A stretch of 64,000 bases of DNA from Octopus sinensis (taxonomy: Eukaryota), in contig NC_043000.1 in NCBI RefSeq assembly GCF_006345805.1, positions 151,528,001 through 151,592,000 on the forward strand. The letters run 5' to 3'. Numbering within the stretch: the first letter of the stretch is position 1; each line of letters begins with the position of its first letter. This document shows positions 46,413 through 59,500 of the stretch, one piece after another. A program made the translations under genes and the position numbers. A model generated the notes under the pieces. The model saw only the letters and a list, made by a program, of their open reading frames with translations, ran no database searches and had not been told where the DNA came from.

Positions 46413-46729
46413 GTGAGTATCCATTTCAGATCTTGTTAATAAAAAATCTTATTTTGCTAAATTCACAATTATACATATATTCTTTACTCTTTATTCATTG
46501 TTTGTCATTAGTGATAAATAGTTTTACATGAAGTTTGTTTCTGGCTGGATTTTATTTGTCTAACTCGAGTCCTATAAAAATTTACTGTTACCTTTTAAGT
46601 GTTTTTTTCTAAATGAATGCCTTTCAAGCAATTTTTCTTTGGCAGCAGTTGTCAAGTCTAAACAATAAATGCATTGTGCACTTAAAGTGGTTTTACAACA
46701 GTCCTCCTGCAAATACTGCACAGCTTTAA

Positions 46730-46915
<186 letters not shown>

Positions 46916-47640
46916 TAGTCACTTAATATTCCAGTTGTTTGTGCTTTAGCAGAATGAAACGGCTTTAAAGTTTCCATTGTGTTCACACACTCTAGTTTTT
47001 GTATTGTAATAATATTTTGAAGTGTATTGGAGTGTCAAGGTAATAAAACCAGCAGAGCATCAAAAAAAGTTATTTGACATATTAAGTTGTACTCTTTTAC
47101 GTTCTGAACTAACCTGTTTCCTGCCTAGGTCAACTTCACCTTTCATCCATTAGCAGGATTGTAAAAATTAACACGTACTAAGTACTGGAATTGATATAAT
47201 TGATTATATCAGAACCCCATCACTGTTCCTACCAAAACCTGAGACCGTGTGGCTGTCTTTGATATCAATATTTTGAAGTCCATTTATTAATATAAGGAAT
47301 GTAAATATTTAATACTAACTGAAAGCTGTTTTGACAAAGTTGTCAATTTGGATTAATTGAATGATAAGAATATATTATTTAGATCATTGACACCAGATGG
47401 AAATTTTTTTACTTAAATATGGGTCAAAGGATAGTTTCCATGACAACATGAAATATGATATGCTAATCAATATCAGTTTACTGATATATAATTGATATTT
47501 TGTCTTTGCTACACAACATGATTATTTCCAAATAGATTTTTCATGCTCACTTCATTAGATATGCTGATAATACTTACTTAATTATTCTTTATCGTGTAGA
47601 TGTAGATTGGGGATGGGGTCTGAGTATTTAACCTCAGAAC

Positions 47641-48455
47641 ACTAGAAATGCACAGAAAATAGATTTTGTCAAATGTCAGAGGGAATACTTAGATGTAGTA
47701 GATAGCTTCCATTATCTGGGTGACTGAGTCGGCAGTGGAGGTGGATGCCCCAAGAGTGTAGCTGCTAGAATAAAAATAGGCCAGGTAAAGTTCAAAGAGC
47801 TTCTACCTTTGTTGGTAACAGAGGGCCTCTACCTCGGAGTGAAAGGCAGATTGTATGATGTCTGATCGCAAATAGCCTTGCTACATGGCAGTGAAACGGG
47901 ATGGCTTGAAAGAAATGAAGCTCTGTTGGATGTGCAATGTCAGTGTGCATGTATGACTGAATGTTAGTGTCTTGAGAGAAAAATTGGGTATAAGAGGTAT
48001 TAGATGTGATGTGCAAAAGAGAAGGCTGTGCTGGTATGGTCATGTGATGCGTATGGATTTGGACATCTGTGTAAAAAAGTGCTGATCTCAAACTGTGGAG
48101 GGAACCTGCGGAAGAGTTCGATATAGGAAGACACGGGACAAAGTGGTGAAGCATGATCTTCAAATGTAGTCTCAGAGAGACAATGACAAGTGATCAAGAC
48201 CTTTGGTGATTTTTCTGTGCTTGAGAAGACAGATCAAGCCAAGTGAAATCATAGTCATAGCCAGAGCATGTGATGCATAAAAAGCACTGACTACACCCTT
48301 AGAGTGGTTGACATTAGGAAGGGCATCCAGTCATAGAAACCAAGCCAAGTCGGACGTGGAGCTTGGTACAGCTCTCCGGCTTACCAGTCCAAGTCAAACC
48401 ATCCAACCCATGGGAAACCGATGCTAAATGATGATAATGAGGATGATAAGTATCA
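47641..48455 (+). pseudogene. 5'-truncated RTE-clade LINE (RT C-terminus plus 3' UTR)
   Basis: VVDSFHYLGD, KFKELLPLL, VKGRLYD, LREKLGIRGI and WYGHVMRMD motifs with stops; family C-type UTR and (GAT)n-like tail. Confidence 0.9.
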
Positions 48456-48479
48456 CATGATCATGTGTTTGACCAGACT

Positions 48480-48736
48480 GCCAGATGTTGTTACGCATCA
48501 CTGGTCACAATGTGCTTTTGCATCATTTTGGCTTTTGAATGATGCCACTCTGCAGGCTAGGCAGGCAGGCCAACACTTCCTCTTGATTAGAAGGCCAGTC
48601 CATCACAGGGTTAAAGCTGAGTGAACTGGAACTATGTGAATTGAAGTATTTTGCTCAAGAACACAATAGCCACTTGGTCTGGGAATCAAACTCACCATCT
48701 AGTGAGAATGAGCACAACACCCTAACCACTAGGCCA
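48480..48736 (-). mobile_element. tRNA-head SINE related to family E
   Basis: TGGCCTAGTGGTTAGG...GTTTGATTCCC...TTCTTGAGCAAAA; 5' part shared with 52296. Confidence 0.65.
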
Positions 48737-49329
48737 GTATGTTAATATTTCTTGCCTACTGACGTACAGTGTAGTATGTTTGCTTAGTGATTTTCTCAAA
48801 ATTATTTTGGCAAATACATTGAACTCTGTGTTTTACTGAGGAGGTTTTATAAGATTGGAACATGTCCAGAATATTGCCTCCTGTACTTACCTAAATGATT
48901 AAAATAATATTTATTATTAATGTTGTCTTTTCCTTAAAAAGGGCATCTGATTGTGAAAACACTGTCTCAATAACATATTTGTCTAACCCATGAAAACAAC
49001 AGACATAAAACAAACAAAATTGTTTAGATTTGTGATACCCACTACATTAAATAAATTAAATCTAACTTTTATTACTGTAGAGAGGTTGTTTAAACTGGCA
49101 TTTTGGAAGATTCTTAAACATGGTGGGTATAGATGGTGATAACTATAGAATAATTATTGTCTAGACTAAGCCCAGTATAAAAGTTCTCATGAATAGTTTA
49201 TTAAATATATTAAATGCACTGTAATCCTTTCGTGATCATGGAGAAATAAATCTAAATTAGCCATTTTGGTAAATTCTTAAACATAGTGGGTATAGATGGT
49301 GGTAAAAAGAGAATTATTATTATCTAGAC

Positions 49330-49702
49330 CAGTGCTACTCAAAGTGGTGGTCTCTGAGCCGGTGCATGTCCATGATTACCGTACGTTGACAAGAGGCAAA
49401 TGCCTCGAAACTGCAGTCCATGCGTATCACTTAGGCTTACGAGAGAGGGATGACCTCCCTTTGCAAATACCATAAGGGCACAGAAAGTGTGTCTAAAGCC
49501 AGCTGGAGACGATGATCTCCTGGGGCTAAAAGCTACAGTAACACCCACCCTTTGTGGTTAGCCATATTGAGATGGCTAGTATACTTTACATTATATATAT
49601 TGTTTCTGGTATAAATTAATATTACTAAGAAATATTACCGGTTCCTGGTACATTGGGGAAAAAACTGCCAGTACGCCCCATCAAATAGTTTGAGAAACAC
49701 TG
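49330..49702. mobile_element. hAT/Charlie-type MITE (family K)
   Basis: CAGTGCTACTCAAA / TTTGAGAAACACTG TIR; TSD ATCTAGAC / GTCTAGAC; empty site at 49159-49166. Confidence 0.85.
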
Positions 49703-50088
49703 GTCTAGACTGGCCCAGTGTAAAAGATCTCATAAATAGTTTATTAAATGTATTAAATGCACTCTAACTACAAAGTTATAAAAGCTTTGATTTTCAGCAA
49801 GGTTCAAACTCAGACAAACCCAACCATTATATTTTCTTTCTATTGATATCATTCATTATTGTATGGCCTGTTGGATTCTCTTGATTCTTATTGATTGATT
49901 GATTGATTAGCAGTAATTCCCTTTTGCTTTCTAATCGATTGAAACATCTGAATCCAGTCCTCAATCTTTGTGGAAACTGTAGCTGCCTGTAATAATCAAA
50001 TGACTTCATCTAAAAGTTGATTTGTTGTTATTTTTTATGCCATGTTTAAGTTGTGTTAATACTTCATATCTCCTCTTTAAATTTTCAG

Positions 50089-50168
50089 TGTATAATTCCG
50101 AGAAACAACTTTTTGTTTTAAATTTCCGTGGGCTTTCCTTTGATTTTCCAATTGAATCCAAATTTGAG
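50089..50168 (+). CDS. PHAF1: PHAF1 exon ([27 protein letters not shown])
   Basis: attttcag / gtttgt, 80 nt, phase 1-0; human [20 protein letters not shown]. Confidence 0.95.
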
Positions 50169-50654
50169 GTTTGTTTGCTTTTTAAATATTTGATTTCATT
50201 TTTTTGTTTTATAATTATCAAAACATTAAAAATAGCTTACTGTAACCAAAATAAATACAATAATGATTTACATATGTCTGAATCTTTAGTTATATTTATT
50301 GAGAGAGAGTAGGAAGTTGTGTCATTCATGCCCTTTTCAGCTTTAGAGAAGAATTTCCAATTAGGAATTGAAATGAAGGTCATTAGTATATAAAAATTAA
50401 AAGCAACTATGGGAAGCATTTATACTATAGTTGTCACTGTAAGTAACTGTTCTCCAAAGAAACCTGATACCTTGATGTATGGCTTCCTTCGGCACCTTCA
50501 AAATAGCACAATTTGTTACAAGATGGAAGTAGTTTTCCAGCAGAGGTTGCTCCATTGGCTGGAGTTTGATCCCATACCCTCACTTTCATCTCTTTTGTGG
50601 CTGGTCTCCTGGCAAACACAGGATCTCAAGAACCCCATCCATAAATTGTGGTTC

Positions 50655-50876
50655 CTTACTCTTTACTCTCTTTTACTCTTTTATTTGTTTCAGTCATTTG
50701 ACTGTGGCCATGCTGGAGCACCGCCTTTAGTCGAACAACTCGACCCCGGGACTTATTCTTCATAAGCCCAGTACTTATTCTATCGGTCTCTTTTGCCGAA
50801 CCGCTAAGTGACGGGGACGTAAACACACCAACATCGGTTGTCAAGCGATGCTAGGGGGACAAACACACACACACAA

Positions 50877-50931
<55 letters not shown>

Positions 50932-51096
50932 TACGACAGGCTTCTTTCAGTTTCCGTTTACCAAATCCACTCACAAGGCTTTGATCGGCCCAGGGCTATA
51001 GTAGAAGACACTTGCCCAAGGTGCCACGCAGTGGGACTGAACCCGGAACCATTTGGTTGGTTAGCAAGCTACTTACTACACAGTCACTCCTGCACC
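50655..51096 (-). mobile_element. SINE family A, full length
   Basis: As above. Confidence 0.92.
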
Positions 51097-51321
51097 TATT
51101 CCTTCTTCACTTTTCTCACAGATTTTAGGTCATGGGCACTGCTCTTTCTACCTCCTTTGTCTAAACCTTAAAAAATTTTCTTTCTTGTGTTACTTTAGCA
51201 ATATTTCATTTTATATCCGTATTGTATTTACCAAACCATAATTACAGAATTACCTTATTTATATCCTTAAATTTGTTTTGATAACAATTACATTAATGTC
51301 ACCTGTCAACACTTATTGTAG

Positions 51322-51570
<249 letters not shown>

Positions 51571-52295
51571 TAAGTAAATCCTTAACCGAAAGCTCATCTT
51601 CAAATGTTTATTCTTTTATTGAATCTCCTTTCCAACAGTCACTGTGTATCTCTCTCCCTCTATCTCTTTCTCTTTCTTCCATCCTCTACCTTCTCTATTA
51701 CTCTTTTCTTCTGTTATTTCCTCCTCTTTACCCTTTCACTATTCCTTTCATCACTCTCTCTCCTCTATCTGACAAGGACAAGACAAACACATTTTAAGGT
51801 TGAGAAGAATCTTTAAACTTGCAGGGGACAAGACAACCTTTGTAGTGTTCAGGATAAAATGTACTTAGATTCTTTTAGTCTTTCCAATAACATGACTACC
51901 TCTTTAGTGCTGGTGCCATAATAGAATGTATCCAGTACATTCTGTAAAGTGGCTGGTGTTAGGTAGGGCATCCAGCTATAGAAAACATACAAAAAAGGAA
52001 ATGTACAAGAAAGACATAGTCCCCAACACATCTAAGAGGGTAGTAACTCTTGCTGTGATGACCCATTCACCTCCAGTATTAGCCAGCGTGGCAAAAATCA
52101 TAAAATGGCATTGATGGCATCTCTGGTCCAAAAGTACAGTGAAGAGTTTTCTTCACTGATGATGCCAATATAAGCATGTAATTTGTCATCTCCCATATTT
52201 GCTAAGGCACTGAAAATTTATATTGGTCAGTGATCGATATTGTTTTTCTCTCATTGCTTAATTGATTTCTCATTAGCTGTTTAATGCTCCGTGAA

Positions 52296-52628
52296 GGCAC
52301 ATGGCTCAGTGGTTAGAGCATCAAGCTTATGATTGTGAGGTTGTGAGTCGGAATCATGGACTGGGCTGCGTGTTGTGTTCTTGAGCAAAACACTTTATTT
52401 CACATTGCTCCAGTTCACTCAGCTGTAGAAATGAGTTGCGACACCATGGGTGCCAAGCTGTATCGGCCTTTGCCTTTCCCTTGGATTACACTGGCGGCGT
52501 GGAGAGGGGAGGCCGGTATGTATGGGCGACTGCTGGTCTTCCATAAACAATCTTGCCCGGACTTGTGCCTGGGAGGGTAACTTTCTAGGTGCAATCCCAC
52601 AGTCAGTCATGACCAAAGGGAGTCTCAA
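52296..52628 (+). mobile_element. tRNA-head SINE family E
   Basis: GGCTCAGTGGTTAG A-box, CORE-like TTCTTGAGCAAAACACT. Confidence 0.7.
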
Positions 52629-53125
52629 CTCAACTCAATTAAATGTCATCATTATCATAGTCATTTGGCATCCACTTTTTCATACTTGCTTGGGTCTGAC
52701 GGAATTTGTTGAGTGAGATTTTCTAGTTTTCTTGTCACCAACTTTCACCTATTTCTAAGCAAGATGATATTAACCATGGCCAGTCATTTTTCACAAAAGA
52801 CTGGAAATGAACAACAATGTTTGTATGACAATCATGCTTGCTAGAAGTAAAATAGAGATTATATGACAAGTAGAGAGACAAACAGACAGACAAATTGTTT
52901 TACATTGTTTACATTAAACTCATTTTTCCCTTCCATGTTTGACATTTGGCACTCATCTCTTTGAAATGTCTGAAACAGCTATTCATAAAGCATACAGTTT
53001 AGTCCTATTGTCTCTCTCTGTTTGTTTGTGTCAAAGAAAATCCTTAATTGTTATTATTTATGTTTTGCTGACAAAACTGAAAAATATTTGTCACCTGATT
53101 TTGTTATTTTACTCTTTATGTGCAG

Positions 53126-53238
53126 ATCACCTCCACTACCAATCACATGTTTCCATGGAGACTGTTTTGTCGATTGTGTTGAAGTGCTGAGAGATTACAA
53201 CTCTACGAAAGGATTAAAGTTCATTCTTGTAACTGAAG
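53126..53238 (+). CDS. PHAF1: PHAF1 exon (SPPLPITCFHGDCFVDCVEVLRDYNSTKGLKFILVTE)
   Basis: tgtgcag / gtgagg, 113 nt, phase 2-1; human [23 protein letters not shown]. Confidence 0.93.
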
Positions 53239-53282
53239 GTGAGGGACTTAGATTTAAAGTAGTGTTTTCCAAGCTGTGATAC

Positions 53283-53587
53283 CAGTGCCGGTGGCACATA
53301 AGAGAACCATCCAAACGTGGCCGTAGCCAGCGCCGCCCTGACTGGCTTCCGTGCCGGCGGCACGTAAAAAGCACCATCCGATCGTGGCTGTTTGCCAGCC
53401 TCGTCTGTCACGTAAAAAGCACCCACTACACTCACAGAGTGGTTGGCGTTAGGAAGGGCATCCAGCTGTAGAAACACTGCCAGATCAGACTGGGCCTGGT
53501 GCAGCCTTCTGGCTTCCCAGACCCCAGTTAAACTGTCCAACCCATGCTAGCATGGAAAGCGGACGTTAAACGATGATGATGATGATG
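53283..53587 (+). mobile_element. Family C: RTE 3' UTR retrocopy
   Basis: Three units, (GAT)n tail; begins 45 bp after a PHAF1 donor. Confidence 0.88.
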
Positions 53588-53707
53588 TCCATAACTAGTG
53601 GGTTTATGTTGACCAATAAATGAATAAAAGAAAGAAACTCATTAAGAATGAAAATCAGACCTCAGTATGATCATGTTGAAAACATTTACAAATAAATTAA
53701 TACGTTA

Positions 53708-54820
53708 CAGGGTGTTTGGGCTAAATTTGACAGTTTGCATAAAAGGTAAAGAAAACACAGCATACCATCCAAAAATAAAAGCAATTGTAAAAGAAACGAA
53801 AATATCAACCAGATTATGGCTGGCAGATAACAGTTTACTCAAAATAACTGCCCTTAGTTTCCACTACAGCCTCAAGATGGCTACGGAACCTAGCACATGT
53901 GTTTCTCACTGTGTCCTTAGGAAGGTTTTCAAACACATCCTTGATCTTCATTTTGTTAAGCAAAGTGGTTAGTTTCATTTTCAGTCACACCCCACACATA
54001 GTAATCCATTGGATTACAATCAAGGGAATTAGGATGCCCAAAATTGGGGCTTGCGCAGTCATAGATACTCTCCGAATACTGCTTCTGATCTTCCTGGAGG
54101 TACGGCAAAGGGCCAAATCCAGCTGCCTCACATATGGACTTCCAACAGCAACCCTCGCCAGCCAGAGATTGATTACAGTTTCCAACAACTTTACATAACC
54201 AACTGAATTGAGCCTAAGGCCCTGTTCAAAGGTGTGGGGATGAATTTCTGCTAGAACATGCAGCTAGAATGCTTGGTGTGTCCTTTCCTGCTGGCCAAGG
54301 CTTTGTAGTCTCCATTGCAGCTGTCTGTGTCACATTTTACAGCCTTTACAATGTTCACAGACCACTGAGCAGCAGTCACAATCTTGGCATTTTGATACTT
54401 TTAACACAATACAGGTAACTCTTTTCCCGTATTCAGTTGGCTTCCACTTGTCCATGTCAGCTAATTTTTTTCTCAACTGAACTTAAATTATTATGCTCTC
54501 CAATGCTGTTTACTGTTTACCAATACATGGAGGCGGCGAGCTGGCAGAAACGTTAGCACGCCGGGCGAAATGCGTAGCCGTATTTCGTCTGCCGCTACGT
54601 TCTGTGTTCAAATTCCGCCGAGGTCGACTTTGCCTTTCATCCTTTCGAGGTCGATTAAATAAATACCAGTTACGCACTGGGGTCGATGTAATCGATTTAG
54701 TCCCCTTGTTTGTCCCCTCTATGTTTAGCCCCTTGTGGGCAATAAAGAATTAAATACATGAAGTTTTTCCTGAAAAAAGGAGGTATAAAAAAAATCATCA
54801 AATTTAGCCCAAACATCCTG
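53708..54820 (-). mobile_element. Internally deleted Tc1/mariner (maT/DD37D-like) transposon with decayed transposase
   Basis: 23-bp TIR CAGGGTGTTTGGGCTAAATTTGA (1 mismatch), left TA TSD; minus-strand HTFEQGLRLNSVGYVKLLETV, PNSLDCNPMDYYVWGV and TCARFRSHLEAVVETKGSYFE*. Confidence 0.88.
54532..54752 (+). mobile_element. SINE family B1
   Basis: 8-bp TSD AATACATG (54522-54529 / 54753-54760). Confidence 0.92.
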
Positions 54821-55633
54821 TTTAGCTTGCTTCAAATTTTGTTTACTTGTCTTACATAGATCTAAGCATCATCAATTTGGACCCCTTTTTTTACATGCTG
54901 GCTTGAAATGGATGTGTCTCACTGTCTCATTACATCATCTGATACAAAACTAGGGACTTGAGAAAACTGACCAAGTTAGTTGTACATGTCTTACAGCGTG
55001 AATTGGGTTGTACCACTGACACTACAGAAGTTGAATGTAGCAGGAGTAAAGATGTACTCTCCCCTTTATCAGATGGCATTCCATCTTGATTGTACATTCC
55101 ATTTTTGACAGTTTCTATTGCTGGATACTTTTTCTATCACCATCCACTTTACACCATTTAGTGGATCCATTTTATGATACCACTGGCATTGGGAGAGACA
55201 GTCTGGGACATAACTAAAGAGTCCCATCTTCCATTTTATCAGTTCTTATATAGACAAGTAGCCTATAATGCCACTTGTATAGTCCATGTTTCATTTATAT
55301 GTTTCTATAGCCTCATGCCAACAATTTTACACAGTATACTGGGTTCATTTTTTCATGGCATGGCACCAGCACTAGTGAGGTCACTTTGTAACTCACAAGA
55401 TTAAGGTGCTTCTGAGGTTCAGAAATTGAATTTCCTTGGTTATAGCCATTTACCACATTTATTACATCTGGTATAAGACACATTTAAGAAGTTAAATGTA
55501 TATTTCCTGAAAACTCTTAAATATTTCCAGATCACAACTTTTTCAGAATCAGAATGTAAAGACATTGAAATTGAGAACCAAAAATATGTCTGTCAGATAT
55601 ATTCTAATTGTTTATTTAAATATTTGTAGCAAT

Positions 55634-55816
55634 CACGTAAAAAGCACCCACTACACTCGCGGAGTGGTTGGCGTTAGGAAAGGCATCCAGCTGTAGAAAC
55701 TCTGCCAGATCAGACTGGAGCCTGGTGCAGCCCCTGGCTTCCCAGACCCTGGTCGAACAGTCCAACCCATGCTAGCATGGAAAACAGACGCTAAACGATG
55801 ATGAGGATGATGATGA
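55634..55816 (+). mobile_element. Family C copy, short
   Basis: Terminal UTR segment and tail. Confidence 0.85.
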
Positions 55817-56033
55817 ATGAGGCATATTCTTATTTTAGTCAGAAGCTGTAGCTATTCCAGGGAACTGTCATTAATGAGCTCCAGCATGGTTGCAACCTCT
55901 GGTTGCTTATTGATGACAGAGATTTAGAAATACTGCAGTAGAGAGGTTGCTTTGATGATTTTAAATAAATGCAGTGTCATGTATATTATATGTCTTTTTG
56001 ATAAATATATATATATTTTTTTTTTTATCTTAG

Positions 56034-56110
56034 GTAATGGTTCCAGCAAACTATTAGACACAAGAAAGAAAACAGTAGACAGAATTGTTAGATTCTCAGA
56101 TTCTTGTCAA
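56034..56110 (+). CDS. PHAF1: PHAF1 exon (GNGSSKLLDTRKKTVDRIVRFSDSCQ)
   Basis: ttttatcttag / gtaagt, 77 nt, phase 1-0; human ...MRVFERSVYFGDSCQ. Confidence 0.92.
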
Positions 56111-56242
56111 GTAAGTAAGCGTTCTTGAATATGTTATTTTTCAATTCAAATATGCAGTAGAATTGATGCCATATCCAGAAGTAATGATATAAGATCTGCA
56201 AACCAAAACTTCCTTCAACGAGTAGCTTTACATAGTAATAGC

Positions 56243-56470
56243 TTAACCCTTTAGCATTCAAACCGGCCATATCTGGCCAAAATATTTAACCTGTTATATA
56301 TTGAAACTGACCAGATCTCGCCTCTTACCTCAGCCCTACCATGTCATTCTAAAACTAAAAAATCACATCACCGAAATATCTAAACTACAAGATAATGCAT
56401 GATTAATTCAAACCATTTTAAATAAACAAACATCACAATTGACAGAATAATCTGAACAGTAAAGGGTTAA
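56243..56470. mobile_element. TTAA/piggyBac-like MITE (family G)
   Basis: TTAA|CCCTTTAG ... GTAAAGGG|TTAA. Confidence 0.85.
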
Positions 56471-56651
56471 GGAAGGGAGAGAATTTAATTCACTACCTGA
56501 TACATTGTCTAGTGCCAGAATCTGTTTCAAGTAAGGAAGTGAACTTGTCCATTCCCTGTTACATTCTCAAATGGAAGTAGAGTTACAACATTCATCTTCC
56601 TTTAAGAAAAACTATGAATTATGAGATTAAAATGACCAAAAATTAACAATA

Positions 56652-57045
56652 GGTGCTGGAGTGGCTGTGTGGTAAGTAGCTTGCTAACCAGCCACATGGT
56701 TCCGGGTTCAGTCCCACTGCGTGGCACCTTGGGCAAGTGTCTTCTGCTATAGCCCTGAGCCGACCAATGCCTTGTGAGTGGATTTGGTAGACGGAGACTG
56801 ACAGAAGCCTGTCGTATATATGTATATATATATATATGTATGTGTGTGTGTCTGTGTTTGTCCCCCTAGCATTGCTTGACAACCAATGCTGGTGTGTTTA
56901 CGTCCCCGTCACTTAGCAGTTTGGCAAAATAGACTGATAGAATAAGTACTGGGCTTACAAAGAATAAGTCCCGGGGTCGATTTGCTCGACTAAAGGCGGT
57001 GCTCCAGCATGGCCGCAGTCAAATGACTGAAACAAGTAAAAGAGT
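56652..57045 (+). mobile_element. SINE family A
   Basis: As above; followed by an old A head at about 57070-57240. Confidence 0.92.
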
Positions 57046-57457
57046 TGTTGTAGTAACACCAATCTGGAATCAGATTTTATGTTTATATTTACTGGCATAG
57101 CTGTGTGACTGAGAAGTTCGCTTCCTAACCACATAGTTTCGTGTTTAGTCCTACTGCATGGCACCTTGATTGACCAAAGCCTTGTGAATGGATTCGGGAC
57201 ACGAAACTGAATGATACCTGGTGTGCACGTGTGTGTTTATGCATACATTTCTCAGAAAATTGTTCGGCTACAAGCAGTAACATTGGCATTTTCTTTATCA
57301 ACAAATCACGTTCCTTTTTCAGAATTAAGAATTTTAAAACAAAACTTTTGATCAGGATTTTACTTTATTTAGTAACCTAGAAAATTGATGCTTCTCTTAC
57401 CAAAACACACATTTTTTTCTACTGAACAGAGTTGCACTTGATAGAAATATATCTAAA

Positions 57458-57865
57458 CTAGCAGTATCACCCGGCGTTGCTCAGGTTTGTAAGGGAAATA
57501 ACTATATAAGCATTTTTAGAGACGTAAAGTATAATAGCAATCTCAATATGGCTAACCACAAAGGGGGGTGTTACTGTAGCTTTTTACGTTCTGAGATTTA
57601 ATAATACATTTTTAGAGAGTTACTTCCCTTATATAATAGCAAAAAAATGCATTAAAATGGGAAAAAATTATGGTAATATTTTTTTTAAATCGTAGACTCA
57701 TCGTAGACTCATCGTAGACGCGCGCTAATACCCAGAAGGGCTCGATATGAATCACAACTATAAGATACCCGGTTTTGGTTAAACTGCATCGCAAAATGTG
57801 GGAGTAGTTAGGAATCTAAATCGTAGGAGACAGACAGCACACAACCTCACTTTTATATATAAAGA
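57458..57865 (-). mobile_element. Non-autonomous Helitron (family J)
   Basis: Reverse complement of 25380/61453; A|TC...CTAG|T. Confidence 0.87.
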
Positions 57866-58180
57866 TTTCTGTCTTGATCTTCAAAAGAGTTACCACATTC
57901 AGTAACGCCATCTAAATATGAGTAAGTAGATTTAAGGTTATTCCGTGTGATAATTCAATTAATCACTCATTGAAAACATACCACTGCATTCATGCAGCAA
58001 CACTGAAGTCTTGTATATTGATACAGTTATCCCAAAGCTTAAAATACAGTGCAAGGACAGTCAAAAGTTATTAGCTGTCATTGGTAGCTGATAAAAAGTA
58101 CGTTTAATATCAGTCTTTCCAAAATATGACTATTGAGATACAGCATGTAGTGACTCTCAACGATTTGCATTGGAAATGCT

Positions 58181-58410
58181 TTAACCCTTTAGTGTTCACA
58201 TTATTCTGCCAAAATAAATGCATTTTTTATCCACATTGTCTTGAATTAATCATGCATTATCTTGTAGCCTTGAGATTTTGATGAGGTAGCTGTTAACTTT
58301 TAAGATGATATTGTAGGGTTGGTGTGAGAGACCAGATCTGACTAGTTTGAACATAAAACAGGCAGAATACTTTTGGCCGGATAAGGCCAGTTTAAATGCT
58401 AAAGGGTTAA
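58181..58410. mobile_element. TTAA/piggyBac-like MITE (family G), opposite orientation to 56243
   Basis: TTAA|CCCTTTAG ... CTAAAGGG|TTAA. Confidence 0.85.
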
Positions 58411-59122
58411 GAAGGGTTTGAATGGTGGTAAAGAAATTAATGGCAAAGCATTCTTTGTGATTTTGACATTCTGTCACAACAAGAACTTGAGTTCCCCCAT
58501 GTTAAGTTATTGAGTTCTGTGATGATGTCCTTTGATTGGGTAGTTTACATTTTTGTTTTACAAATTTGCAATCATCCACAGTATACTTTGGAGCTAGTTT
58601 AACAATAGATTTGGCATTCAGAGTTAAAGTAATGAAGAGTGTTTGTCATAACTAATCTTGCCTATTAAATTAAAATACAACTGAAGAATGCTAAGGATAG
58701 AATTCCAGTTAATTATTATATCTGAGCAGAGACTGGGCATAGCAAACACTAGCTGCTGAGTACAACTATTCAGTATTCTTAAATATCAACTTTGAATGTT
58801 CATGTAATTTGGGAACTAAGCTTTATTGAGGCCAACACAAAATCATTTCTGAATGGTTTATTGACTAAACCATTCTGCTTAGCACTGCTAGGTGAAATAA
58901 AATTATCAGTGCTTCCACTGTCAGCTACGATGTTGAGTGGTTATTAATCACTATAATGATGCATAAGAGAAAGGATATTCCAGTAAAGTTGATAAACTTC
59001 ATATGCTCAAAGAAATTAATGTGTTGGCAGTTGGATTTGCTGACCCAGGAAAAATGCCCTTTAATTTGACATTTGTGGTATGGGGTATCTTTTGTTGGAC
59101 ATTCTCTCTGATCATGACTATA

Positions 59123-59500
59123 GGCGCTGGAGTGGCTGTGTGGTAAGTAGCTTGCTAACCAACCACATGGTTCCGGGTTCAGTCCCACTGTGTGGCATCT
59201 TGGGCAAGTGTTTTCTGCTATAGCCCCGGGCCGACCAATGCCTTGTGAGTGGATTTGGTGGACGGAAACTGAAAGAAGCCTGCCGTATATATGTTTGTGT
59301 GTCTGTGTTTGTCCCCCCTAGCATTGCTTGACAACCGATGCTGGTGTGTTTACGTCACTTAGCGGTTCGGCAAAAGGAACCGATAGAATAAGTACTGGGC
59401 TTACAAGGAATAAGTCCTGGGGTCAATTTGCTCGACTAAAGGCGGTGCTCCAGCATGGCCGCAGTCAAATGACTGAAACAAGTAAAAGAGTAAAAAGAGT
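59123..59500 (+). mobile_element. SINE family A
   Basis: As above. Confidence 0.92.
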
